Of a stretch of DNA of 56,560 nt, positions 38,228 through 46,473 are shown in pieces. The notes under the pieces are model-generated. The model did not search any database. It had not been told where the DNA came from and was given only the letters and a program-made list of their open reading frames with translations. Position 1 is the first letter of the stretch. The number at the start of each line of letters is the position of its first letter. Location: IMG/VR virus record IMGVR_UViG_3300020179_000002, positions 1 through 56,560 of that record; one strand, written 5' to 3'. Position numbers and translations under genes: made by a program. Source of the stretch: a virus. Its lineage: Duplodnaviria > Caudoviricetes.

Positions 38228-40862
38228 CAAAGCACTCACATTCTTGGACCTTATGAATCAAGTCGGGGCTGGAACTCGCATGATAGCGAATATCCCGGGG
38301 GCGAAGCGCATCCCGGAATCTTTCGCCAGAGCGCAGAAAGGGCTAAGCCCTGATGAAATCATCGAGCAGTATAACATGAAGGAGATGTTCGGGAGAGATC
38401 AGAAGACGGGAGTGGTAAGACTATTAACACAGTCTCCGGGCTATTCATCTTCCTCGTTGCCCGCGAACGATCGAGCACGGATGGCGCGAGGAAAGCTGCC
38501 GCTAGAAAGTAAAATAACACAGCAGGTGGTAGACCCCTCGAATCCAAGGAACATTTTGTCACAATTTGAGTTGAAGCCTGACCGAGATTTAGCCACCGGT
38601 AGTTATGCCGACGAGCTTTACCGCCGGATGTACGATCGTGCCGAGAATGCGCAACGGGCGAAAATCGTTCCGGATGATGTCGGTGTGTACGATATCGGGG
38701 CGCTGAATGCTGGTCGGTTAGGAGGTGAGGGGTTCGGTGCCATGCAGTATGCGGCACTCTACGACCAACTTCGTGCCGCAGGAGCTTTTTCAGGTCCCAC
38801 GGGACTCACTGATATTAACGAGTTGCGCAGGCTGGGTAACGTGATGTCCTACGGTCTGCGACACGGCGATTACGAGAACATCGCTCCGGTCGTGAGCGCG
38901 TGGGGTCGATCGCCTCAATTATTTCATCGTGCAGAACAAACGGACTGGCTGGCTCGCCCCTTGATGGACATCTTGCAGCAGGGTAAAGGCGATCCGATTT
39001 TCGACGCAGCGGTGGCATTGAAACCCGTGGACTTGGCTAACATGACACCGGACCAGATCACCGGGGTGCTAGGCCTGAAAGAAGCGCAGTTAAATCGTAT
39101 CGCAGGTCCGGTACGTGAACCGATCATGCTCGAGGCGGCGGATCCGGGTCTGCTTCGTCATTTGGCGGTCCCCGCACTCACCGACCCCAACGCCTACGGC
39201 ATCCAGAAGGGCATTGGCCCCAACACCCTGGGCCGTGCGGCGACGGTGGAGCAGCTGATCGAGAAGATCCTCGCGGGTCGTACCGGAGAGGAAGCAGCGG
39301 AGGAGATTCTTAATCAGTCCAAACGTCGCGGGATGAATCTAGAGGAAGGATTCAAGGGTAGATACAAAGACGGTGGATCGGTCGCTTTATTCTCCGGGGG
39401 TGGTGGGGTGAAAAAGACCGTGGCTGAGATGGCTGCGGAACTCGCGGCTAAAAGCACGAAGACCCCTGATATGTCTAGGCGTAAATTCATGTCTCTTGGT
39501 AATGTGTTTAACTCGCCGACCTCGACACCTAATCTGCCAGTGACCGCCACCGAAGCGGCGAAGATGTCGCAAGACCCAGCGTCATCGGCTATCGAGAAAA
39601 TAACGGAGGCTCCCGTCTCCAGACGGCAGGTACTCCAAGGCGCTTTGGCGCAGGGTGCGCAACGAATGCTACCTACCGCAGCGATGCAGCCCGTCAAAGA
39701 TGTAGCATCTGAATTTGCGAAATCGATGATGAGACATGTTCCGGCACCCTCTATCGGTGGGTTAGTAGCGCAAGGACTGAAGATGGGAATGGGTGATTAT
39801 GAAATCATGCGATTCGTGCAGTCCGCGATGCCAGAGGCAGACCCCAAAAAGCTAGCCTACGACATATCTTTATTGCCTGACATTATGCGAAATCCATCGG
39901 AATACGTCGAAGATCCGGATTGGCAAATGATGCATGATAAATTCGTCGGCGACGAAAGTCTGATGAATGTTTTCGGGCGGCTGGTGACTCCTTATAAAGT
40001 CGATTCTCCGATGAGTCTTCGCCGCACAATGCGTGAGATTAAAGATATCAATCCCAATAAATACGGTGAATTGAAGTCGATAGCTCGTGATATTTTTCAT
40101 TCCTCAAATCCTAACGCGGGGAACCATGATTATTCCGGCGGCGGTAAAGTAACGAAGACCGTGGCTGAAATGGCTGCGGAACTCGCGGCTAAAGGTACCA
40201 AAACCCCTGATATGTCCAGGCGTAAATTCATGTCTCTAGGTAGTGTGTTTGACTCACCAACCTCGACGCCTAATCTACCGGTGACCGCTACTGAAGCAGC
40301 AAAGATGTCGCAGGACCCAACATTATCGGCCATCGAGAAAATAGCGGAAACTCCCGTTTCTAGACGACAAGTGCTTCAGGGTGCTTTAGCTCAGGGTGCA
40401 CAACGAGTGCTACCTGGGATCTCGCCTACCAGTGCTCTATCACGTGCTATTGATGCGGCCACTAGCGCACCACAAACAGCAAGCACCATCCCGGGTCTTG
40501 TGGCGCAGGGTTTAAACATGAAGCTTAAAGGGCAAGAATTGGTCGACTTTGTAAATCGTTCGATGCCACCGAGCGACGTTCATACTCCAAAATCGCTCAA
40601 GTTTACGACGGAACTCCTAGCTTCCAACATCAAAAGGCCTGAACCCTATATCGACATGTACTATGATTATGACCCTTCTTCGATTCGTTTACAAATCCTC
40701 ACCGATCAGTTGTTTCCCGAAGCTAAGAGGCCACCAAGCGGAATGGGTTTGCGACCGACGTTGCGCGAGATTCAAGAGTATAATCCCAAAGCGTATGATA
40801 AGCTCGTAAAATCAGCGACTACACTCAGGGATCAAATCGCCAAGGATCTCGAAGATGACTAA
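38214..40862 (+). CDS. Modular polyprotein: GNAT-like N-terminal domain plus two twin-arginine repeat modules
   Basis: 882 aa; GG-motif junctions YKDGG/FSGGG/YSGGG; internal duplication. Confidence 0.75.
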   Translation: MAGPSKALTFLDLMNQVGAGTRMIANIPGAKRIPESFARAQKGLSPDEIIEQYNMKEMFGRDQKTGVVRLLTQSPGYSSSSLPANDRARMARGKLPLESKITQQVVDPSNPRNILSQFELKPDRDLATGSYADELYRRMYDRAENAQRAKIVPDDVGVYDIGALNAGRLGGEGFGAMQYAALYDQLRAAGAFSGPTGLTDINELRRLGNVMSYGLRHGDYENIAPVVSAWGRSPQLFHRAEQTDWLARPLMDILQQGKGDPIFDAAVALKPVDLANMTPDQITGVLGLKEAQLNRIAGPVREPIMLEAADPGLLRHLAVPALTDPNAYGIQKGIGPNTLGRAATVEQLIEKILAGRTGEEAAEEILNQSKRRGMNLEEGFKGRYKDGGSVALFSGGGGVKKTVAEMAAELAAKSTKTPDMSRRKFMSLGNVFNSPTSTPNLPVTATEAAKMSQDPASSAIEKITEAPVSRRQVLQGALAQGAQRMLPTAAMQPVKDVASEFAKSMMRHVPAPSIGGLVAQGLKMGMGDYEIMRFVQSAMPEADPKKLAYDISLLPDIMRNPSEYVEDPDWQMMHDKFVGDESLMNVFGRLVTPYKVDSPMSLRRTMREIKDINPNKYGELKSIARDIFHSSNPNAGNHDYSGGGKVTKTVAEMAAELAAKGTKTPDMSRRKFMSLGSVFDSPTSTPNLPVTATEAAKMSQDPTLSAIEKIAETPVSRRQVLQGALAQGAQRVLPGISPTSALSRAIDAATSAPQTASTIPGLVAQGLNMKLKGQELVDFVNRSMPPSDVHTPKSLKFTTELLASNIKRPEPYIDMYYDYDPSSIRLQILTDQLFPEAKRPPSGMGLRPTLREIQEYNPKAYDKLVKSATTLRDQIAKDLEDD
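39414..40406 (+). repeat. Diverged direct repeat of about 250 bp (39414-39665 vs 40155-40406)
   Basis: Both copies encode KTVAEMAAELAAK...SRRQVLQGALAQGAQR; differences are mostly synonymous; period 741 bp. Confidence 0.9.
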
Positions 40863-40881
40863 CCAAGGAGAATGATAGATT

Positions 40882-41145
40882 ATGAATGTTGATCTCAATG
40901 CAATACTCGAGGAGCGAGGCTCCGAATACGGCGATTTCACCGAACAGGCGCAAATCTCCCAGGCGATGCAGGACATAACTAGGGCTGGGCGCAGCTACAC
41001 CACGATGGACTCCTACCAGAGGGAGGCGCTCGCGATGATTTTACACAAAATATCTAGGATCGTTAATGGAAACACTCGGAACGTTGACTCGTGGGCGGAT
41101 ATCGCCGGATATGCCACACTCGTTGCAAACCGGCTACAGAAGTGA
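40882..41145 (+). CDS. DUF6378-like protein
   Basis: ERGSEYGDF...KISRIVNG...DSWADIAGYA. Confidence 0.75.
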   Translation: MNVDLNAILEERGSEYGDFTEQAQISQAMQDITRAGRSYTTMDSYQREALAMILHKISRIVNGNTRNVDSWADIAGYATLVANRLQK

Positions 41146-41152
41146 GGGGGGA

Positions 41153-41181
41153 TTGACAGATTGTAGCACCCGTGTTATAAT
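41153..41181 (+). promoter_or_regulatory. Consensus early sigma70 promoter
   Basis: TTGACA-N17-TATAAT with TG extension. Confidence 0.85.
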
Positions 41182-41216
41182 AGAGTCTCCAGTAAACAAA
41201 CCGATAGAGGACAAAA

Positions 41217-41501
41217 ATGGCAAAGAAGACACCAGTAATCACCGAGCAGATGGTCGACGAATTGGCGCGGGTCCGCCAGCAGCTTGCCGAGCTTGTGGCG
41301 CGGGAGAAAGCGCTGAAGGAGAGCTTTCGCGAGGCGGGTGCAGCCGTCTACAGGGGCCAGCAGTTCCAGGTCGAAATTACGTTCTCATCCCAGAGTCGGT
41401 TAGACTCGCAAGCGGTGAAGGATGCCCTTGGGCCGAAGTGGATTGCCGAGCACCAGAAAGCGGTGGAACAGATGAATATCCGCTCGATGGTCCTGGTGTG
41501 A
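41217..41501 (+). CDS. Hypothetical early protein
   Basis: 94 aa, ATAGAGGA RBS. Confidence 0.75.
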   Translation: MAKKTPVITEQMVDELARVRQQLAELVAREKALKESFREAGAAVYRGQQFQVEITFSSQSRLDSQAVKDALGPKWIAEHQKAVEQMNIRSMVLV

Positions 41502-41737
41502 TGAAGCCCCGATACGTGACGACGCGTAAAGGGGTCCGGATCGGGTACACGTACGTACCCCGTCCGGTTTACGATCAAAGCGGTGACATGGACCGGCTGC
41601 AAACCGCGTTGCTGCACCGCCGCACGGACGCCTGGGCGGGAGCGAAAGATCTCCTGGCCTATGCGATCGGGATGGCGGCGCTTCTTTCACTTCTCTGGGC
41701 CAAGGACCTTTACCAATGGATAAGCAGTTTTGTTTAG
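41501..41737 (+). CDS. Hypothetical membrane protein
   Basis: ATG overlaps TGA; TTRKGVRIG motif plus a C-terminal hydrophobic segment. Confidence 0.65.
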   Translation: MKPRYVTTRKGVRIGYTYVPRPVYDQSGDMDRLQTALLHRRTDAWAGAKDLLAYAIGMAALLSLLWAKDLYQWISSFV

Positions 41738-41763
41738 CGACAGTAAACCTAGGAGAAAGACCA

Positions 41764-42069
41764 ATGAGTAAAAACATATCAGCAAAGACACCAGCAGATG
41801 GGCCGGATTACGAGCGCGGATTTATTGACGGGATGCAGTGCCAGATGCGATCAAGCGTTGAAAAGGCTATTCGCGAGCAGCCCACCAAGGTCTTTGGTCC
41901 CGGTCTAGAGCAGATCCTCAACAGCGCCGGATTTCATAAACAGCGCGAGTGGGTAGGGCTGACCGACCGCGACATCGACGAGTGTTATTTCGCCGCGCGA
42001 AAACCAGAATTCGATCTCTGGGCTTTCGCCGAGGAGATCGAGGAAAGACTCAAAGAGAAAAACACTTAA
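41764..42069 (+). CDS. Hypothetical protein
   Basis: AGGAG RBS; YERGFIDGM and WVGLTD motifs. Confidence 0.65.
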   Translation: MSKNISAKTPADGPDYERGFIDGMQCQMRSSVEKAIREQPTKVFGPGLEQILNSAGFHKQREWVGLTDRDIDECYFAARKPEFDLWAFAEEIEERLKEKNT

Positions 42070-42071
42070 CT

Positions 42072-42091
42072 ACCGTTCGTCGGACGACTGG
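42072..42091. promoter_or_regulatory. 20-bp promoter-proximal repeat, copy 1
   Basis: ACCGTTCGTCGGACGACTGG, identical at 45525-45544. Confidence 0.7.
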
Positions 42092-42100
42092 CCAGATTCA

Positions 42101-42129
42101 TTGACGAGTTGTCCTACTGGTGTTATAAT
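42101..42129 (+). promoter_or_regulatory. Early sigma70 promoter
   Basis: TTGACG-N17-TATAAT with TG extension. Confidence 0.8.
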
Positions 42130-42162
42130 ATAGGTTCATCAATCACAATAGAGGACAGCAAA

Positions 42163-43137
42163 ATGGCACACGAACTCGATTTTTCAAATGGTCGCGCGAA
42201 CATGGCTTACGTCGGTCGCACCCCCTGGCACGGACTCGGGCAGGAGCTGGACGCGAACGCGTCTCTTGACACCTGGATCGAGCAAGCGGGGTTTAACTGG
42301 CAAGTCAAGAAGGGTGCGATTCAGTACGAAGTGCGCGACGAGGAGAATCACCCCGTCTGCGTGAATACGGTCCCCAACCGCTGGGCGCTTTATCGCTCGG
42401 ACACCGGCAAACCGCTTTCGGTCATGTCCTCGAACTACTTCATCACCCAGCCACGCGAAGTGATGGAGTTCTTCCGGAACCTGATCGACATCGGCGGGTT
42501 CAAGATGGAGACCGCCGGAATGCTCCGTGGTGGTGCCACCTATTGGGCGCTCGCTCGGATCGACGACTCGTTCGATGTCGGTGGTGGCGACACGATTCGC
42601 CCCTACGTTCAGGTTGCGACTTCGTGCGACGGGACGCTGGCGAACGTTGCCCAGTTTACCTCGGTGCGGACCGTATGCCAGAACACGTTAAATGCTGCGC
42701 TCCGCGAAAGTCAGGGCCAAGTCCGCATTCCGCATTCGACGAAGTTCAACGCAGAACGTGTTAAGGCCGACCTCGGGCTGATCGGCGGGACCTGGGAGCG
42801 GTTCAAGAAAGACGCAGTCGAGCTTTCGAAGCGCACGGTGTCCAAAGCCGAGGCGACCAAGTATTTCCTCGACGTGCTCTACCCCGACCAGGAAGAGGTC
42901 GACCTCGACGCGCATCGCCCGATGCTCGAACTCGTGACTTCGATTTACCTGAACGGCATCGGCCAGAACACCCGCACCGCGCAGGGTACAGCTTGGGGGC
43001 TGGTCAACGCGATCACCCGGTTCACGGACCACGAGCGTAAAGCCACGAGCACAGACACTCGGCTGCAGTCTGCTTGGTTCGGTGCCGGTGCCCGGATGAA
43101 ACGCGATGCATTGACTGCGGCTCTCGCTCTGGTATAA
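42163..43137 (+). CDS. DUF932 family protein
   Basis: MAHEL...MAYVGRTPWHGLG, SCDGT, VRTVCQNTL and GTAWGLVNAIT motifs. Confidence 0.88.
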   Translation: MAHELDFSNGRANMAYVGRTPWHGLGQELDANASLDTWIEQAGFNWQVKKGAIQYEVRDEENHPVCVNTVPNRWALYRSDTGKPLSVMSSNYFITQPREVMEFFRNLIDIGGFKMETAGMLRGGATYWALARIDDSFDVGGGDTIRPYVQVATSCDGTLANVAQFTSVRTVCQNTLNAALRESQGQVRIPHSTKFNAERVKADLGLIGGTWERFKKDAVELSKRTVSKAEATKYFLDVLYPDQEEVDLDAHRPMLELVTSIYLNGIGQNTRTAQGTAWGLVNAITRFTDHERKATSTDTRLQSAWFGAGARMKRDALTAALALV

Positions 43138-43138
43138 T
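43111..43138 (+). promoter_or_regulatory. Sigma70 promoter for candidate sRNA B
   Basis: TTGACT-N16-TATAAT with TG extension, embedded in the end of the DUF932 gene. Confidence 0.7.
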
Positions 43139-43144
43139 AGTGGT

Positions 43145-43227
43145 GCGGACCTTCCTCGGTCCGCGTCTCCTGTTGTATGGGTTTACGACGAATTTGGGGG
43201 GGATCCGCACAGGGTTCCCCCGTTTTT
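43145..43227 (+). ncRNA. Candidate small RNA B with an anti-SD loop and an intrinsic terminator
   Basis: GCGGACC-TTCCTC-GGTCCGC hairpin at the predicted +1, a second hairpin, then a G/C stem plus TTTTT. Confidence 0.55.
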
Positions 43228-43247
43228 AAACACTAATAGAGGTCTTA

Positions 43248-43646
43248 ATGCCAATGGTCATCAAAAAAGGTAAACTAACCACCCCGCCCATCGACGATCA
43301 CGAGGCGTTGACGTTCCAAAAGCTTGACGTGAGACGAGCGTTCGAGCAAGTCGGGCTCCCTCTCCCGCTCGAGGACACCTCGGAACCCGCGAAACCTGTT
43401 CAACCTGTAAAAAAGGTCTACACCCGAGATGAGGCCATTCACGCGATCGCCTTCTACGAGTCTGAGGGCCTGACCGCATCGCAAGTGTACGAAATGCTGG
43501 TGGGGTCCACGATGCCGCTGCCATTCAAGACTAACGCGGTACTCGCCATGATTCTCGCTGAATGGCTCGGCGTGGACGAGGTCCAGGTGCACTCAACCAA
43601 CGACTGCGTGAAGCGCTGGTTCGTCTCTGCTGAATCCCGGGTGTGA
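43248..43646 (+). CDS. Hypothetical protein
   Basis: 132 aa, ATAGAGG RBS. Confidence 0.7.
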   Translation: MPMVIKKGKLTTPPIDDHEALTFQKLDVRRAFEQVGLPLPLEDTSEPAKPVQPVKKVYTRDEAIHAIAFYESEGLTASQVYEMLVGSTMPLPFKTNAVLAMILAEWLGVDEVQVHSTNDCVKRWFVSAESRV

Positions 43647-43861
43647 AGAGCTACATCGCCGGTGAAGCCACGTGGCGGTCACCGCTGGAGCACCCGCCTC
43701 CGATGGGCGTGAGAATGCTGCTTCTGAACCCGAGTGGCGTGTGCGTGATCGGGACCTGGGCCGACTGGGCGTTGGCCTGGGCTCCCTTGCCGAAAATCAC
43801 ACCCGAAATGAGAAGCATCATTATCTACGGGAAGCGAAAAATCATGGAAGCGAAAGAATGA
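43643..43861 (+). CDS. Hypothetical protein (DUF551-like)
   Basis: W...PPMG...LLL...G...W...AWAPLP; GTGA overlap. Confidence 0.65.
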   Translation: MKSYIAGEATWRSPLEHPPPMGVRMLLLNPSGVCVIGTWADWALAWAPLPKITPEMRSIIIYGKRKIMEAKE

Positions 43862-44055
43862 CCCGAGATATGTCACACTCGGAAGAACCGCACCTCGAGG
43901 CCGCAGCGTATGCTAACGGACGCAGGGAGGCGTACTTAGACCTGATGAAAAGTGGGGCAGTCGAGACGCTGGATCAGAAAACGATCGGCTATATTTGGGT
44001 TGCGCATTACGAAGGGTTCAGGGACGCGATATGGGCGAAACGTGAACCAGAGTAA
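43858..44055 (+). CDS. Hypothetical protein
   Basis: ATGA overlap with the upstream stop; 65 aa. Confidence 0.55.
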   Translation: MTRDMSHSEEPHLEAAAYANGRREAYLDLMKSGAVETLDQKTIGYIWVAHYEGFRDAIWAKREPE

Positions 44056-44104
44056 TACCGTTCATCCGATCCGACGAGCGGTAGGTTCAAAACCCATTTT
44101 GGGC

Positions 44105-44133
44105 TTGACAAAGTATCGCACCACTGTTATAAT
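44105..44133 (+). promoter_or_regulatory. Consensus early sigma70 promoter
   Basis: TTGACA-N17-TATAAT with TG extension. Confidence 0.85.
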
Positions 44134-44184
44134 AGAGGTTCGTTAGTAGTAAACATTCAACCCAAACCGATAGAGGAAAACGCA

Positions 44185-44760
44185 ATGAACCAGACCACCA
44201 TCACCACCGCTCGTGTAATCCCCACCGACGACCTCGTAAAGATCCTCGCTGTCAAAGGCGGTTGGACCACCGTGGCCGATGTCGGCAATGGTCGCGAGTA
44301 CAAGGTCCGCAATTCCGCTCTGTATATGATCGTCGAGACCCCAGTCAAGCCCCCGGTCTTGGCCGAGGAAGTCCGCGCTCCCCAGACCGTAGTGCGCAGT
44401 TACGATGCCGATGGCACAGGCCCGGTCACGAAGATGAAAGCCGAGAAAGCCGCAGCTGCTGCTCGTCAAAAGCTCCCTCTCGACCAGCGCAAGAACGGCG
44501 TGGTGGATTCGCTCTACCTGCAGTTCTACCAGAATTACAGCAAGACCGTGAACGGCCAAGTCGTCCGCTCGATGGACAAGGGCGATTTCGTGGCGGTCGA
44601 GCTTCGCAAATGCGAAACGCTCGAGCAGGTGTACGCTTTCGTCGCGACCCAGATGGGACTCTCCCGTGCCGATTTGGTCTCCCGGTTCGCTCACCTCAAC
44701 GTCGGCATGCAGCGCATGAACCTCGGCAACATGCTGCGCCGCTACCTCAAAGGAGCATGA
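44185..44760 (+). CDS. Hypothetical early protein
   Basis: 191 aa, ATAGAGGA RBS; C-terminal NVGMQRMNLGNMLRR. Confidence 0.78.
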   Translation: MNQTTITTARVIPTDDLVKILAVKGGWTTVADVGNGREYKVRNSALYMIVETPVKPPVLAEEVRAPQTVVRSYDADGTGPVTKMKAEKAAAAARQKLPLDQRKNGVVDSLYLQFYQNYSKTVNGQVVRSMDKGDFVAVELRKCETLEQVYAFVATQMGLSRADLVSRFAHLNVGMQRMNLGNMLRRYLKGA

Positions 44761-44972
44761 TGACCACCAAACCCGCAAACGTCCGGATCCGCCTCGCGAA
44801 GGGGCGGTTTGCCGGTGAAATGCTGCACCAGGGTCGAGTCTACCAATTCGACTGTTCGATCTCGGGGCAGGACATCGACGCTGAATTCAGGACGGTGGGC
44901 GAAAAACCCTTCGACCGCTGGGAGCTTTTCCGAGCGCTCGAGGCCTGGGTCGAGGAGAACCTCTGTGGTTAA
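44757..44972 (+). CDS. Hypothetical protein
   Basis: AAGGAG RBS, ATGA overlap. Confidence 0.65.
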   Translation: MMTTKPANVRIRLAKGRFAGEMLHQGRVYQFDCSISGQDIDAEFRTVGEKPFDRWELFRALEAWVEENLCG

Positions 44973-45066
44973 CTGGCCTTTTCCGTTTGGTGATCGACCC
45001 GATGGCACCCACCGTGCGATCGGAGAACCTGCGGCACCACCCACCCAAGCCCTCGTGGAGGACTCA

Positions 45067-45525
45067 ATGAGCTTTGAACTCGCTATCGACGAACACGCCC
45101 CGCGAGGAGTCGGAGACCCCTTTTACATTCCGTGGTGGGCGAAAATTCGCCAACTCGACGGCGATGCGAAAACGTACCGTGCCTGGGACGGCACCGAAAT
45201 CCGAGGTGGGAAAATCGTCTCGCGTGGTGCCTCCTTCCGAGGGTTCGAGGCCGTGATGCGCACGAAGCCCGAGGTCGCTCCGGAAGAGATAGCCCCGTCG
45301 AGCCCACGGAAGGTACCTCCGTTGCATTCGAAGCCCCGGGTTAAGGCTAATGTACCTGACTGGGCCTCCGATGCGCTCCGTGAGGCCGGGAAGTGCCCCG
45401 ACGCTCGTTCAAGGCTCTGCGCCCAGTACGGCATCGACTACGCGACGCTCGTCGAGGGAGCACCGAATGCTGGGGTGGCTACGATGCGGATCGTGAACGC
45501 GCTCCGCCGTTCGTCGAAAGGCTGA
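45067..45525 (+). CDS. Hypothetical early protein
   Basis: GGAGGA RBS; C-terminal NAGVATMRIVNALRR; start could be further upstream. Confidence 0.65.
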   Translation: MSFELAIDEHAPRGVGDPFYIPWWAKIRQLDGDAKTYRAWDGTEIRGGKIVSRGASFRGFEAVMRTKPEVAPEEIAPSSPRKVPPLHSKPRVKANVPDWASDALREAGKCPDARSRLCAQYGIDYATLVEGAPNAGVATMRIVNALRRSSKG

Positions 45526-45544
45526 CCGTTCGTCGGACGACTGG
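45525..45544. promoter_or_regulatory. 20-bp promoter-proximal repeat, copy 2
   Basis: Identical to 42072-42091. Confidence 0.7.
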
Positions 45545-45554
45545 GGTTGACAGT

Positions 45555-45583
45555 TTGACTGGGTGTTTCACCGGTGTTATAAT
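45555..45583 (+). promoter_or_regulatory. Early sigma70 promoter
   Basis: TTGACT-N17-TATAAT with TG extension. Confidence 0.8.
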
Positions 45584-45628
45584 AGAGGTTCGGTAGTAGC
45601 AGGACATTAACCAATAGAGGACAACGAA

Positions 45629-45832
45629 ATGAACACCAGCCAGCTCCAGCAAGTCGCCCTGATCGACGAACTCGCTAACATCGTAGCGGAGCTTCCACGC
45701 CGCGACAACATAATGGCAGGCAAGCTCCTGAAAGCGTTTGACGCTTACGGGAAGTTAACCGCCGCTCAGGAACAGGTAGCACGGTCAATCGTCAAGCGGC
45801 ACGTGACGGATTTTTGCGATTTTTGGGCTTAA
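45629..45832 (+). CDS. Hypothetical early protein
   Basis: 67 aa, ATAGAGGA RBS. Confidence 0.72.
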   Translation: MNTSQLQQVALIDELANIVAELPRRDNIMAGKLLKAFDAYGKLTAAQEQVARSIVKRHVTDFCDFWA

Positions 45833-45858
45833 TTCTTAACTCATAGAGGACTACAGAC

Positions 45859-46245
45859 ATGAAAGCATTCACACCCAGCAACACCGCCTTTAACGTGGTA
45901 TCCTACGTCGTCGTGGTCGGAATCGATCCCGAGTGCGCGGACTACAGCAACCCGCGTGGCGAGCGGTACGGATTCGCGGCCTGTGTTCGCGGCTGCAACG
46001 ATCGTGGCGACACCCGCGAATTGCACGTGGCGACCGATCGGGACGAGGGGATCGCCTTGGCAAAGGCCTGCAAAATGTCTGATGCGCTCAATGTCCGCGC
46101 GAAAAACCTGAACAAGCTCCCGGTCGGGTTCGACTCCTGGGCCACCGGTCGCCCCGTGTACGGGTCGGACGCCTACGTCGAGTACGGGCAGGCCGACGAT
46201 TTGGCGCTCGAAGCACGAGAACTGGCCGAGGAAGGCTGGCGTTAA
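45859..46245 (+). CDS. Hypothetical early protein
   Basis: 128 aa, ATAGAGGA RBS; PVYGSDAY motif. Confidence 0.75.
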   Translation: MKAFTPSNTAFNVVSYVVVVGIDPECADYSNPRGERYGFAACVRGCNDRGDTRELHVATDRDEGIALAKACKMSDALNVRAKNLNKLPVGFDSWATGRPVYGSDAYVEYGQADDLALEARELAEEGWR

Positions 46246-46252
46246 TCCACCC

Positions 46253-46268
46253 TGGGGCTTCGGCCCCA
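46253..46268 (+). terminator. UUCG hairpin
   Basis: TGGGGC-TTCG-GCCCCA after the stop codon; same core as 2838-2853. Confidence 0.5.
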
Positions 46269-46287
46269 CAAATTCACGAGGTGCGAA

Positions 46288-46473
46288 ATGGCAAAACGGT
46301 TAAATGAGATGGCCCTAGTGCGGGTCGCCCAAGAAATGAAAGCCAAGGCGGAGCGTTACCCCACTTGCGGGTACCGCAAAATCGCGGCGATGCTCAGGCT
46401 CGACGGGTGGGCAGTCACCGATGCGCAGGTGAGACGCTTGTGGTGGCTGGCCGGGATGAGGGCTCAATTGTGA
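46288..46473 (+). CDS. Stand-alone HTH protein resembling the IS3 OrfB N-terminal HTH
   Basis: YPTCGYRKIAAMLRLDGWAV...VRRLWWLAGM; GAGGT RBS. Confidence 0.65.
   Translation: MAKRLNEMALVRVAQEMKAKAERYPTCGYRKIAAMLRLDGWAVTDAQVRRLWWLAGMRAQL

Noticed and set aside
39465-39520. SRRKFM as a functional Tat export signal of the full-length protein
   Set aside because: It is internal and lacks a hydrophobic h-region and a signal peptidase site; kept only as a decoy/processing hypothesis
39414-40406. Diversity-generating retroelement TR/VR pair
   Set aside because: Differences are mostly synonymous rather than adenine-specific, both copies are coding, and no reverse transcriptase is present
46288-46473. 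Active IS3 element
   Set aside because: No DDE transposase, terminal inverted repeats or target duplication
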